Below, piece by piece: positions 39,401-51,448 of a stretch of 64,000 nucleotides of DNA. The position numbers were made by a program, and so were the translations under genes. How positions within the stretch are numbered: position 1 is the first letter of the stretch; the number at the start of each line of letters is the position of its first letter. Source of the stretch: Eledone cirrhosa (taxonomy: Eukaryota); assembly GCA_964016885.1 (NCBI GenBank), contig OZ024743.1, positions 40,300,001 through 40,364,000 on the forward strand, given 5' to 3'. The notes below the pieces were generated by a model that made no database searches, was not told the origin of the DNA, and saw nothing but the letters and a program-made list of their open reading frames with translations.

Positions 39401-39835
39401 GGTGCCGTCAGCCGGGCATGTCCGAGATGCGCGCAGGGCGACGAAACCGTCCTGCACGCACTCGTCCAGTGTCCGAAAATTGCTGACTTGTGGGTTTATG
39501 TCGAACACCTGCTGTCGCGTTTAGGACGGATCCAGCTATCATCTGAGTCTATCGTGAGGATTGCCCCGCCCTCCTCCTTTAGCCGGGAAGGGCAGGAAGT
39601 TTTTATCTGTCTGGTGGCCATGGCGAAAGAGATAGTATGGTGGACACGTTTGAAAGGGCTGAAGACGAGCACTTACCTCTTCGGTGATGCTCTGATTGAC
39701 TTTTTCAAATTTCATTTGAAAAGGAAAATCAGAGTAGAGAAGGAAGTGCTCTCTTCCCAGCATTTTGTTGAAAGATGGGTGAGAGAAGCAAGAATGGCCC
39801 GAGTGAATGGGCCGACTCTGAGTATATATCTGTAA
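36416..39835 (+). CDS. LINE ORF2 (APE endonuclease, reverse transcriptase, C-terminal Cys/His finger), 1139 aa
   Basis: NARG, ISET, VYAP, GDWN, YLDR and TDH; KSPGLDG, FRPITLLN, LDQSKAFD, QGCPLS and YADD; CPRC..ETVLHALVQC. Confidence 0.96.
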   Translation: MTSLRIGSINARGLGSSWKQGHLLNDLRSLNIDVVAISETRISEARAFVPIFGGYDVYASPSRPGSGGGVAVLFRRGLDLAIRAIFLDPEGKLVVLDVTSGDGQAFRLVAVYAPTGAGRPDLFRRLETFLGTSRSLVLVGDWNGILDARWDCVGLADRGGGCKSLTNLLRRFELSDRYRLDFPNVPMWTWTNRIGSSRSYLDRVFCREIDRSSIGCPQFKIVSYTDHKFLICVLDLDRLHRRGPGYWKLNASLPARKAYRDRISELVKRALTGAIVNNKWWFALKRAIRIESIRFSKALAIEKNRAEGELVRKLDEALSKGIATDVLAAKLALDQFFNAKHEGCVVRARVRALRHEGTKAVQWARVAEARRGNKATIRSLVDHDGRMLLDPGQMCEAFQRHFAQLFGGSGGPGRGMDFSVYLDGLPRLSATEAKCCEKPITAAEVREAMTGCTRGKSPGLDGLPYELYVQMPDLFGGLLADVYCNWQQNGRIPSSVSRGAVALLRKDPNKGDNIDNFRPITLLNTEFKILAKVLAKRLALVVGGLVGEAQTCAIPDRSIHDNLHLMRYIVERVAREPGTGGSLINLDQSKAFDRVDHRYLAAVLRAAGFGPVFRGWIAAMHSDICSVVRVNGHLSEPFNIMRSVRQGCPLSSLLYVLTLEPLLHKLETLRGVPRELGCGRSVSAYADDVTVVVSNAKHIEAIGTTLREYEAVTGAMINQEKSVGLQLGTWRGRSMPSNSVVGRWTDGPVKLLGVWFGPDLQTDKNWDEVTSRVASLTQKWAERKLSLKGRAEVANAYIASVICYRLTVVPCPKPRLTALERLLFRFLWKGRAPMVRRSICCQHPLRGGLGMPWLMMRRHALRLRHLHLFLDGDQVWSPFARRVFPQLVSLTELQSWIKRRPRGSAWRLECLQALTALDQSGNVIGGNSTSAFYRGLVEGKSDDVLGETLGVDENQLANLFGRTFGPGPMDNFQKSLAWQCYRGALPVRDKLYRHGGAVSRACPRCAQGDETVLHALVQCPKIADLWVYVEHLLSRLGRIQLSSESIVRIAPPSSFSREGQEVFICLVAMAKEIVWWTRLKGLKTSTYLFGDALIDFFKFHLKRKIRVEKEVLSSQHFVERWVREARMARVNGPTLSIYL

Positions 39836-40132
39836 ACTAAAGGTGGAAAACTGGGAGAGGGCACTTGCCTTGGTGGTCAGGGTCATTGTGGCTTTTTACT
39901 GGGCTTTCTCCACAAATGTCCCTCCGAAGTCTCCCCCCTATTGGGGAATTTTTCATTGTTATTTTCATTGTTATTTTTGTTACATCCTCTGTTTTTGTTT
40001 TTTTACACGCAGAAATGCCCATTTGTACCGTCCTGCATTGTCCTGCACTGTCCTTAATGTCTACTTTATGTAAACCCTTGTGGTTAATAAAGAAATCATT
40101 ATCATTACTACTACTACTACCACTACTACTAC

Positions 40133-40163
<31 letters not shown>

Positions 40164-40371
40164 GACGAAAGTGGATGTACGTTTTTTGAAGCTCCGTGAG
40201 TAAGCAATTTTTTGAGGATTAATTGTAGAGAATTGTTTATTTTTTGTACCGCTGAAGCATTATAAGACATTAATTTGTATCCTGTGAAGGAATAACTCAT
40301 AATATTTGGGCCTTTTGGCCCAAATATTTGAACTTTATTTTGAAAAAAAATAATTTTTTTCTCAAAAAAAC

Positions 40372-42285
40372 ATGGCGGAGCCACGCCCCCTAGAGGCGGG
40401 TCTGCTGTCGTGCAACGGCGACTTGAGCGTTGAGAGGAGAGGTGAGGCGAGGAGCGCCACCAGCACGAATGTGAGCCGCGACAGTGCCAGCACCAACGGG
40501 CCGAGCGGCGCGGAAGGTGGTAACAGCGACAACACCAACACCAAGAAGCCGAACAGCGCAGAAGGTGGTAATAGCGAGAGCACCAACAAAACGAACAGCA
40601 CAGAGAGTAATAGTAGCGACAGCAACAGCACCAACAAGGCCAACAGCACAGAGGGTAACCACGACACAGGGGAGAACAACAACAGCAATAGCAGCAGCAA
40701 CACCAACAAGAACAACAACAGTGACAACACCAACAAGAACACCTTCGCTGCTGTGGCAGCGGCTAAAAGGAGACCATGCTACAGCATCGACTTAACCAAC
40801 AGAGAGGAAAAATTGGCCCAGGCCTGGAAAATCATAAATCAAGAGCAGACCTGGGCAAACTTAACTGTCCCGGCAGAAGCCATTGAGGCAGTGGAAAAAA
40901 GAACGGTGCATTTCAGATGCATCTCAGTAGAGACAAAGAGGGCAGCGATAATCGCCCAAGCTGATATAGAAGCCGCACTGAAATACATCAGAGAGGACAC
41001 AGACTTCATAGAGAGGGGCAGGCAATACGGCACCGTTTCGGTGCTGTTCAAGTCTGAAGCCCTCGCTGTGAAGCATTCAATGACCCCTTGCAAAACCAGC
41101 AAGGTTATAATGTACCCCTCCCACATGGGAAAACGAATAGCACGTGTGCGCATTCCCAGGATTCCACCAGGACTTGATATGTGGTGGCTCCTGGGTTGCG
41201 TAATCGTGGAAGGAACGGATACAGTCCCGGTAGAGGCAACGAGAACTGCCAGGGACGACTGGTCCGGGGTTGATCTGGAGATACTGCTCCAAATCAGACC
41301 CGAAAACGTAAAAGCAATCCCGGACCACATCCGCCTCCAAAACGGGAGGGTGTTGCATATAATGACTGAGGGCAAAAGGCCGCATTGTTTCCTTTGTGGG
41401 GAAACGACACACTTGCGAGCCTTCTGCCCTCAACTGCCGAAAAGCGCAAGGGGTCGAAAGATTCCACTGCTGGCGACGCCGGGACAAGGACCACCTGCAA
41501 CACCGTCAACAATGGAACCACCAAAATTGCACACCCAGGGGGGAAACGAGGAAAGCTCTCCCATTCCCCCTCCCCCCCAAAAAAATACACACACGAACAA
41601 GAACATAAACACTCACTCAGACACAAACATGCTCACAGCCACAGACCCCTCATCCTCCAGCAGTGAAGATGAGGGAAAACCAAAGTCCCCCAAAATACAA
41701 AAAACAAAACACAAAAAAAAAAGAAATCCACAAAGCACAAACACCCCCACAAAAAAAAATACACACACCACCCACACAAACATTTTCCCCACAGCATCAC
41801 CAACACAACCACCAAAATCCCCCAAACGCAAACAAGCTAAACAGACACAAGAACAAATAGACACACAAACATCAGAAACTACAGACACCCCACCCACAAC
41901 AAACGCAGACACAATAGAAACAACACTAACAAAGCTATCACCACCACAATCACACGAACAAATAAAACCCGAGCAACAAAACATTAAAAACTTCGGGCTT
42001 GCCAGAAGGGCCAACAAGGAATTGATGGCCCATGTAGCACGAAGCACAAACATCGAAAAAGACGGGGAAACATTTGAAGCGAGCACATTTCGCGTACCAG
42101 ATAATTTGCTTCTGATGCGAATGTCGCTCGCTTCATACAAAGAAATTCGAAAGAGCTTTCCTCGGGATGTGGGAACCCCGAACGTAAAACCCACGTCAAG
42201 ACTATTAAAGGGGTTCCCAAAAGAAACCCCACAAACCATGGAGGTCGAACCACCCAACCTTCACAAGACCCCGGAAGGTAAGTAA
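40372..42285 (+). CDS. LINE ORF1 (gag-like, CCHC zinc knuckle), 637 aa
   Basis: Asn/Ser/Thr-rich N-terminus, TFAAVA motif and CFLCGETTHLRAFC. The core is homologous to ORF1 of copy A. Confidence 0.9.
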   Translation: MAEPRPLEAGLLSCNGDLSVERRGEARSATSTNVSRDSASTNGPSGAEGGNSDNTNTKKPNSAEGGNSESTNKTNSTESNSSDSNSTNKANSTEGNHDTGENNNSNSSSNTNKNNNSDNTNKNTFAAVAAAKRRPCYSIDLTNREEKLAQAWKIINQEQTWANLTVPAEAIEAVEKRTVHFRCISVETKRAAIIAQADIEAALKYIREDTDFIERGRQYGTVSVLFKSEALAVKHSMTPCKTSKVIMYPSHMGKRIARVRIPRIPPGLDMWWLLGCVIVEGTDTVPVEATRTARDDWSGVDLEILLQIRPENVKAIPDHIRLQNGRVLHIMTEGKRPHCFLCGETTHLRAFCPQLPKSARGRKIPLLATPGQGPPATPSTMEPPKLHTQGGNEESSPIPPPPQKNTHTNKNINTHSDTNMLTATDPSSSSSEDEGKPKSPKIQKTKHKKKRNPQSTNTPTKKNTHTTHTNIFPTASPTQPPKSPKRKQAKQTQEQIDTQTSETTDTPPTTNADTIETTLTKLSPPQSHEQIKPEQQNIKNFGLARRANKELMAHVARSTNIEKDGETFEASTFRVPDNLLLMRMSLASYKEIRKSFPRDVGTPNVKPTSRLLKGFPKETPQTMEVEPPNLHKTPEGK

Positions 42286-42314
42286 ACCTTTCCTCTCCCA
42301 TTCATCCTGCCAGC

Positions 42315-45300
42315 ATGGCCATAAGAGTAGGAAGTTTAAATGTTCGTGGCCTGGGGTCGCCCTGGAAGCAAGGTCACTTGCTCAACGACCTCAGGTCACT
42401 AGGAATGGATGTAATTGCCATCAGCGAGACCAGAATTTCCGACACACGCGCACTGGCGCCGATTTTCGACGATTATCAGATCTTTGCATCTGTTAGTCGG
42501 CCGGGAATGGGAGGTGGAGTGGCTGTGCTGTTTAGGAAATGTCTGGATCTCGAGGTAAGGTCAATCTTCCGGGATCCTGACGGAAAGTTGGTGGTCCTGG
42601 ACGTGAGCAATAGCGAAGGTGGTGCCTTTAGACTGGTGGCCGTCTACGCCCCTACTGGGGCCGGTCGGCCGGACTTCTTTAGGCGCCTGGAAAACTTTCT
42701 GCTTACGTCTCGCCCTTTACTGTTAATAGGGGATTGGAATGGCATCTTAGAAGCACGCTGGGATTGTGTGGGAGTATCTGATAGGAGCGGGGGGTGCAAA
42801 AGCCTCAAGTACCTGATCAGCCAGTTTCAACTGTCTGACAGGTACCGACTAGATTTCCCTAATGCGCCAGTATGGACCTGGACCAATCGCATAGGGTCAT
42901 CTAGATCGTACATAGATAGGATTTTCATTAGGAAAAGAGATAGAAATAGTGTAGGATGTCCACATTTTAAAACGGTTGCCTATTCAGATCACAAGCTTGT
43001 GATCTGTATGGTCGACCTAGATAAGACACGTAGGTTAGGACCTAGCTACTGGAAGCTAAACATGTCGTTTCCGGCACGTAAAGCTTACAGGGACCGGGTC
43101 AACAACTTAGTTAAGCAAAAGTTGACAGGGGGGGTTGTCAACAACAGGTGGTGGGGGGGCACTCAAAAGAGAGATTAGAGCAACCTCGATAGGATTTAGC
43201 AAAGAAGTAGCAATAGAGAAAAATAGAAAGGAGGAGGGGCTGATAGCTAAGTTAGACGAGGCTATTTGTAGTGGCATTGCAACAGACGTGCTAGCGGCGA
43301 GAATGGCACTAGACCATTTCTTCAATGCGAAACACGAAGGTTGCATTGTCAGAGCTAAGGCGCGTGCTCTGAGGAACGAGGGAACCAAAGCTGCCCGATG
43401 GGCTCGCTTTGCAGAGACGCAGCGTGGAAATAAAACCACAATTCGGTCTTTGACGGATCGAGATGGACACGAACTGAGCGATTCCAAGCAGATGTGTGAG
43501 GCCTTTCGCCAGCACTTTGCTCGATTGTTCGGGAGGATGGGTGAGTCGGAGACGGCGGCGGACTTCAGTCCCTACCTCGACGGCTTGCCACGCCTCTCGA
43601 CGGCCGACGCTGAGCGCTGGGAAGAGCCGATAACATCAGTCGAAATTCAGGACACCCTTGTCGGCTGCTCGAGTCGCAAGTCACCCGGTTTGGATGGTCT
43701 GCCCTACGAGCTTTACGTAAATATGCCAGACTTGTTCTCCGATCTCCTCGAAACGCTCTACTGCAACTGGCAGCAGAACGGGAGCATTCCCAGTTCTGTG
43801 AGCCGTGGCGTAGTGACGCTGATAAGGAAAGACGAGAACAAGAGGGACACACTAGATAATTTCAGGCCCATATCCCTGCTCAACACAGAGTTTAAGATTT
43901 TGGCCAAGGTGTTAGCGAAAAGGTTGGCGCTTGTCGTCAAAGATTTGGTTGGGGAGGCGCAAACTTGCGCAATCCCGACCAGGTCCATACACGACAACCT
44001 CCACCTCATGCGATACATCATAGAGAGGGTTGGGTGCAAACCTGGCTTCGGTGGGGCTCTGATCAATTTAGATCAATCGAAAGCATTCAATAGGGTCGAC
44101 CATCGGTACTTGGAGGCTGTCCTCGAGGCGGCTGGCTTCGGCCCCGTCTTCAGAAGCTGGATCGCTGCAATGTACAGCGGCATCTGCTCGGTGGTCAAAG
44201 TTAATGGCCACCTCTCGGAACCGTTTCAGATCTCTCGATCGGTCCGTCAAGGGTGCCCTCTCTCCTCACTTCTGTACGTATTGACTCTTGAGCCTCTACT
44301 GCGGAAGCTGGAGTTGTTGCAGGGCATCCCGCTCGAACCGGGACGTAGAAAGGCTGCGTCCGCTTATGCGGACGACATCACCGTGATGGTGTCGGACACC
44401 TTGGAAATCGAGGTGATCCGCACCCATTTGGAGGAATATGAAAGGTTGACGGGAGCAAAACTTAACCCGGAAAAGTCGGTGGGCTTGCAGCTCGGCACCT
44501 GGAGAGGCAAGTCCATGCCGTCCAACAGCGTCGTTGGGCGCTGGACAGACGGACCGGTAAAGTTGCTCGGGGTTTGGTTCGGACCAGACCTCCAGGTGGA
44601 TAAGAATTGGGACGAGGTGACGAGCAGGATAGCCAACCTCACCCAGAAATGGGCTGAGAGAAAGCTATCACTGAAAGGGCGGGCGGAGGTGGCGAACGCG
44701 TACATCGCGTCCGTCATCTACTACCGCCTGACCGTCGTGCCTTGCCCCCGTCCACGCCTCGCCAATTGGGAACGGCTCCTTTTCAAATTTTTGTGGAGGG
44801 GACGGGTCCCGTTGGTGAGGCGGTCCATCTGCTGCCAGCACCCTCTTCGTGGAGGGCTGGGCATGCCGTGGCTAATGATGCGCAGACATGCGCTGAGGCT
44901 GCGACATCTCCAGATATTTTGCCTAAACGGTGAACAGGTGTGGTCGCCGTTTGTTAGACGGGCCTTTCCGCAGCTCATCTCTTTGACTGAGCTGCAGTCC
45001 TGGGTCAAGAAGAGACCGAGACTGGGCGACTGGCATCTGGAATGTTGCCAGGCGCTCACTGCACTCTGCAAGGTGGGCAATGCGGTCAGTGGAACTTCCA
45101 CTCAAGATTTCTATAGAGGATTAGTGGAGGGCAAGTGCGATGACGTACTAGGAGAGGCTCTGGGCGTCAACGAAGTAGAACTGACCAGTATGTTCCGGAG
45201 GACTTTCGAGCCGGGGACGATGGATAACTTCCAGAAATCCCTCGCTTGGCAGTGCTACCGGGGGGCGCTGCCGGTTCGGGATAAACTCTACAGGCACGGA

Positions 45301-45735
45301 AGTGCTGTCAGACGAACCTGCCCGAGATGCGCGCAGAGCGACGAAACCGTTCTGCACGCACTCGTCCAGTGTCCGTGCATTTCTGACTTGTGGGGTTATG
45401 TCGAACAGCTATTGTCGCGTGTAGAACGGATCCGGCTATCGTCCGAGTCCATAGTGAAGATTGACCCGCCGCCTTCTTTTGGTCAGGAAGGGCAGGCAAT
45501 TTTCCTCTGCCTGGTGGCAGTAGCGAAAGAGGTTGCATGGTGGACCAGGTTGAAAGGACTGAAGACAGACACTTTTCTCTTCGGCCAATCCCTCATCAAC
45601 TTCTTCAAGTTTCACTTGGAAAGGAAGGTGAGGGTGGAGTGAGAAGTGCTGCCCCCCAGTACATTTACTGAAAGGTGGGTGAATGTGGCGAGAATGGCCC
45701 GTGTGAGTGGGCCTACTCTGATCATGCGCCTGTAG
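42315..45735 (+). pseudogene. LINE ORF2 (APE-RT) with a +1 frameshift at G7 (43153-43159) and a premature TGA (45640-45642)
   Basis: The two ORF pieces align end-to-end with ORF2 of copy A. Homology continues past the TGA (EVLPPSTFTERWV...GPTL) to TAG at 45735. Confidence 0.92.
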
Positions 45736-46010
45736 GCTGGTGAATTCGAGAAGGAGAGGGGTGCCCTTCCCGGGTGCCCTAGGAGCGTCGGGTGGCTCAG
45801 GACTGGTGGGGTGCTTGAGTCAACCCTGGGTGGTGATCCCTCTTATTGGGGAACTTTCATTGTTGTATTTTTATTGTTATTTTGTTTTTTGTTATTTATA
45901 CTTACTCGATCTCTATGTAAACCCCCACTGTCCCTGTCTATTGTGTTGTCCCCTATATGTCGGCCCTTGTGGCCAATAAATGAAATCATTATTATTATTA
46001 TTATTATTAT

Positions 46011-46041
<31 letters not shown>

Positions 46042-46564
46042 TGTAGTAGTAGTTGTTGTTTTTGTTTTAGTAGTAGTAGTTATAAAAACCCATCGATACG
46101 CTACCGACAGACACAAACAAACAGAAAATAGTTATATATATATTATATATAGAGAGAGATAAGTGAGACGGGCAAATGTCATGGTTTTTTTTGAAATGTG
46201 TGTTACCTTGTCTATTTGTTGAAGGAGACACACAGACACGCCTGCGGGCACGCATACAGACAGACACGCTCACACACACACAAATACATACACGATTTTT
46301 GACAGGAGTTGCATTTTAAAACAACATTAATATCAGTCTGAAAACTGCTAAAAAATATTTTGTAGAATATGAAAGATATTATTTAAATAAATCATGTAGC
46401 ATCAATAAGTGGCAAAACTCCTTCGTTATTGTGAAAAAGCTACCTGTCATTATACTGAAAAAGTTTGTTTCTAAGTCTGTCTCCATCAAATTCTTTCTCA
46501 CATTATAAATTGTCCATCTGTTCTTCACGTATTGTCTGTCTGTCTCTAACTCTCTCTCTATATA

Positions 46565-46599
<35 letters not shown>

Positions 46600-46744
46600 A
46601 TATCTATATGTATATATATTTATATTTATCTCACACACGCGCGCGCACAGTTTCTCTATCACTCTTTCTCAACAACTTTTCACTCCCTCTCTTTAACCCG
46701 TTAGTCTTATGATGACAACACACTATCTATTCATACACGCTCTT

Positions 46745-46776
<32 letters not shown>

Positions 46777-46791
46777 GCTATCTCTCTCTCA

Positions 46792-46856
<65 letters not shown>

Positions 46857-47118
46857 AAAAACAACACCAACTGCAACAACAGCAAGTCATTGTACTGAAG
46901 TATTTTTTAAGGTCTGAAGTCATCACTTTCATCCTCACGCATATATGATCTATCTCATTACCCCCGCCTCACACACACACACACTCTCACTAACTCGTTG
47001 TGTTTCTCTCGCAATACCAAAAATCCCTCACTCCTTTCCTTTTCCTCCCTTCTACATTATATGTGTGACGGACAGACAGAGGGAGAAACAGCTTTTCTTT
47101 TATAATATAGATTATTCT

Positions 47119-47485
47119 GAGGGTGGTAAATTGGCAGTATCTATAGAGCTGAGTCCAAATACAGCCGAGGTTAGCTTTGCTTTTCATCGTTATGGGGTGG
47201 ATAAAATAACGTACAAGTAACGCAATGGTGTTGATTTAATCTACGTTTTCCTGTCCCCGAAATGTTTGGCCATGTGCCTAAATCAGAAATCATTGTTTCT
47301 AACTAAAACACTAGGCCAGAAATTTGCAGGAGGTGGCAGTAATCATTTGCATTGATCCCAGGACTTCAATGTAATATATATTTATTAGTTTCCGGAAGAA
47401 AAATATGAAAATCAAAGTTGATCTCTGCGGTATTTGAACTCAGAACAGAACAAAATATACTGCACGTCATTTTGTTCGACGCTCT
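47119..47485. mobile_element. Two old SINE copies, tail-to-tail
   Basis: Plus copy ggtggtaaattggcagtatc...gtgcctaaatcagaaatcatt. Minus copy tgtttctaac...tttgaactcagaac. Confidence 0.55.
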
Positions 47486-48129
47486 TTATGATTTGGAAAA
47501 TTTTCAGTCAGTGATATTTCATAAAATATGCCCGTAGCCATACAACTGAGAAGAAGTCTTAATCGATAAAATCGACCCGGTTATTTGCAAGAAAATAACA
47601 AAAGATTGACATCACATTTTTTTTGTAGAATTTAAAAAACAAAGAAAAGTGAAAGGGACCATCTTTCCATTGTTGTTTCCATTGGTGATATTATCAGTTA
47701 ATGACTATTCCTGGCAGAAGGAGGTAGAAAAAGAACACAGAATGCATAGTGTTGGAACAGCTACCAGAGGTATATGATATTTAAAGCGATGAAATACCAA
47801 TGAAGGCTGGACGATCACTGATGAAAGACTAATTTTATTCATATGTAACCCATTTGCAACCACGGAGCACGCCATCTTTTGATATATTTATATATTTTCC
47901 TCCGCTGTGACCCGTCTGTTTCTTTATTACTGCTTCCCCTTTCTCTGTATCTCTCACTTTCTTTTTACCCCCTCTTCCAGTTACCCTCTTCCTCACACTT
48001 TCATTCACTCACTCTCTGCTACTCCCTCTCCATCACTTCCTCCCGTTTGACCTGATTGAAATATTTTCCTCGATCACATTTCAACCAGGTTGGATGGTCT
48101 TTTTTCTCAATATATATATCATATATTTA

Positions 48130-50745
48130 TATATATATATATATAATATAAGATCAAAAGATGGTTAAAGGAGTTCCATGTATTTTATTATGCGCATTTC
48201 AAAAACAAATATCATCATGCAATAATATTTGTGTTTTCATCAGATAAAACAGGAGAACATGATATGAAGGCTAAAAAACACTTGTGGATAGTGCAGTTTT
48301 AAATCACCATATGAAGAGTGGTTTTAGATTGATGTGTGATATTGGGAAAAATATTTTATTTAGAGAGGGGGGGGGTGGAAAGGATGAAAAAGGGGAGGAG
48401 ATGAGAGGGAGAGATGGGAGATAGAGAGAAAGAGATAGTTTTTATAACTGAGAGAAGATATAATGTTTTACATAGAGAGGTTGAAAACCGTTGGAAGATA
48501 ATGTATAAATTAAAAGAATTTGAAAATTAACGAAGGGAAAGATATGTACGAGGAAAAAATATTTTATTTAGGGAGGGGGGGTGGAAAGGATGAAAAAAGG
48601 GGGAGGAGATGAGAGTGAAGGTGGAGAGGGAGAGATGGGTGATAGAGAGAAAGAGATAGTTTTTATAACTGAGAAAAGATATATTGTTTTACATAGAGAG
48701 GTTGAGAACCGTTGGAAGATAATGTATAAATTAAAAGAATTTGAAAATTAACGAAGGGAAAAATATTTGCGAGGAAAGAGAGGGAGTTTATGTATGAAGA
48801 TAGAGAGAAAAAAATAATAATTGTGGATGAATATTCTAACGTCAAAAAGGTGTATATTGATAAGTATTGTGGCAGTTTCAAAATTAACGAAGAGAAAAAA
48901 TTATTAAGGTTTGTGTGTAGAAGGATTTGAGCAAAAATAATGTGAAGTTAAAGTTTGTATATTGAAGGAATTGATAATATGTGCGAAGAAAGAGTTAATA
49001 TGTATTAAGAATGAGTTCGTTGATGGGGAGAAAAAATAATAAATTAAGGATGATATTGAGATTAAAAAGTTTTATGATAGAGAGAAAAAATAATAATAAT
49101 TGCGGATGAATATTCTAACGTCAAAAAAACAAATGTATATGTTATGAAGGATTTTACAAGGTGAAGATAGAAAGAGGGTAATGAGTAAACAAGTATTATA
49201 GAGTGTATAATGCCCTTTGAAGTAAGGTAGGAAGATGGGTATATTTTAAAGAGGTGTATGTATATGTGCCTTTGAGAAAAGATTCTAAATTGATAAAGAA
49301 TTGAATATTAACTGTATACTTTGTGAAAAGTCCTATGGAATTTATGCAGGCAGATAGAAAACAAATCTGTACGTCTATTTATTATAGAATCTAGATTAGA
49401 GATAATGGTAAATTTTTCATTTAGGCAGAGATTACAGATTTTAGATAGAGAGCTGTTCAAGTATGGTATATTTAATGTTTTTGTCTTTCAAGGACCATAT
49501 GAGTTCTGAGAGAGCCGTGTTGGTTCTTTTAAGTTTGTATTTGAAAGATGAATGGTGATTATAGAGACGAGCTTTAAAAGAGGTGGAAGTGGAGCCAAAA
49601 TAGGTGCAGGAATTGGTGCTAGTTATAACTTTACATTCATAAATTAAGTTTTTATCAAGACAATGGTTGTTGAGAGGACATTTATTTTTAATGCGGCAGT
49701 TGCAATTAGAGAGATTATTAATGAGTGACCTAGTGTTATCTATAGAAGGAATTGGATTGGAGAAGTTGTTTGCGATAGGAATAATAGGAATGATTTAGAG
49801 TTGGATTATGAACATTTAGCGAAGTTGTGTTTGACGTTGTATTTGGGTTTACTGAAGTTAGCCTAGGGTTTACAATGACGTCGGGAGTACTATTACTGTT
49901 ATTATGAAATTCAATGTTGGAAGGAAGAGATTTAGTATTTAGTATTTTATTGTTGTGTTTAGAGATGATGTTGGAAATATTGGAGGATGTAGAATAAGAA
50001 AATTCGATGGTGTGTTTGTTAAATATTTTACTATAGATATGTGAGGGAGGGAAGCATTTATTTAAGGCACTAAAAAATAATTTAGGAATATTGTTATTAA
50101 TAGAGATGGAGAAAGGAGCATTATACCAGATTATGTTTTTGTATCTAGGTCTTTTATTAAAATTATTGGAATGATCATGATTAATTATTCTACTGTAAGT
50201 TTTTCTAGAATTTGTTTCTTTACTATATTTGATTTTATCTGGATAGCCGGCTTTAGAAAGTGCGTTATTATAGTAATTGGCGTTAGCATCAAAGATGTTT
50301 TTATTAGAAGATATGTTAGATATTCTTTTTCCAATATTACTAACTATAGCATTCTTGATATTGGTAGGATGGTTAGATTTAAAGTTAACATAATTTAGGT
50401 TCTCATTGTTTTTATGGTAAGGGTAATATAGGCCAGTGTCAAGATTAAGAGATACATCCAAGAAATTAGTTAGTTTGATACTATTATCAAATTCAATTTT
50501 TAGGTTATGTTGGTTAAAGAGATTACGTATATTGTTCTTAATAATATTAAGGTTAACTATATTGCAATTTAAGATAGTAAAGAGTCCATCGTCACGATAA
50601 ATTCCACCCCGAAGTTGAGCAATTTTCCGACTCAAAGAGTTCAAAATGAAGATACCAATTAAATCAGTCAATTGGGATGAATCGGATGCTCCCATTGTGA
50701 TGTCGAAGTTGTTAGAGGTATCGGCTCTGGTCCACCTCCTACATT
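48130..50745 (-). mobile_element. Penelope-like element 4, 5'-truncated, with a long pyrimidine-rich 3'UTR containing a ~200-bp tandem duplication
   Basis: ORF 49736-50695 has MGASD, IYRDDG, NFLDVSL, SNHP and WYNAPFS. A shifted frame then gives NCNCRIKNKCPLNNHC..LIYECKV..YFGST. Segment 48345-48555 is duplicated at 48555-48780. Confidence 0.9.
48183..48249 (-). ncRNA. Type I hammerhead ribozyme at the PLE4 3' end
   Basis: Minus strand reads ttttat-CTGATGA-aaacacaaatat...atatttgttttt-GAAA-tgcgca-TA-ataaaa. Confidence 0.8.
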
Positions 50746-50867
50746 ATATATATATATATATATATGTATAATATATATATATATATATATAAATATATAT
50801 GTATATATGCATATATGTATGTATATATATATATATGTATATATGTATATATATACATACATATATA

Positions 50868-50998
50868 TGAGCTTAAGCTCTGTCACCGGGCTCCTGACCC
50901 TTTTTCTACTACCCACTCTACCACACTACTACCCAAAGTATCGGGTACTCTGGTGCGTTATGGTCCACCTGGTTCCGTACACCACACTTCCTTCGTTA
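50868..50998 (+). repeat. Isolated PLE3-family terminal segment
   Basis: Ends ctggttccgtacaccacacttccttcgtta(TA)n, like 62405-62436 and the reverse complement of 27222-27250. Confidence 0.65.
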
Positions 50999-51204
50999 TA
51001 TACATATATATATGTGTGTGTGTGTGTGTGTGTTTATTTGTTTGTGTGTGTTGTGTGTGAGAGAGTGTGTATGTGTGCGTGTGGGTGTATATTTGTATGT
51101 ATATAGTTTCAGAAGATCCCGATAAGTGTGTTAGCAGCGATTCGTTGCTTAACCTGTAATCTGTTATTTTAATAACAATAATAATATGTATATATATATA
51201 TATA

Positions 51205-51448
<244 letters not shown>

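Larger units (their letters stand above)
34085..40163 (+). mobile_element. Full-length L1/Tx1-clade LINE copy A, apparently intact
   Basis: 5'UTR, ORF1, ORF2, 3'UTR with AATAAA, and a (TAC)n/(TAT)n tail. Preceded by (ATT)n. Confidence 0.93.
40164..46010 (+). mobile_element. Full-length L1/Tx1-clade LINE copy B, a related but distinct family
   Basis: Same layout as copy A. It begins directly after the (TAT)n tail of A and ends aataaatgaaatc(att)n(agt)n. Confidence 0.93.

Noticed and set aside
34404-45538. Antisense and alternate-frame ORFs inside the LINEs
   Set aside because: They are shadows of GC-rich or low-complexity coding sequence. Shared ones reflect ORF2 conservation.
45640-45642. 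In-frame TGA in ORF2 of copy B as selenocysteine or readthrough
   Set aside because: It aligns to Lys in copy A, not Cys. CGA>TGA decay is the simpler explanation, and I saw no SECIS.
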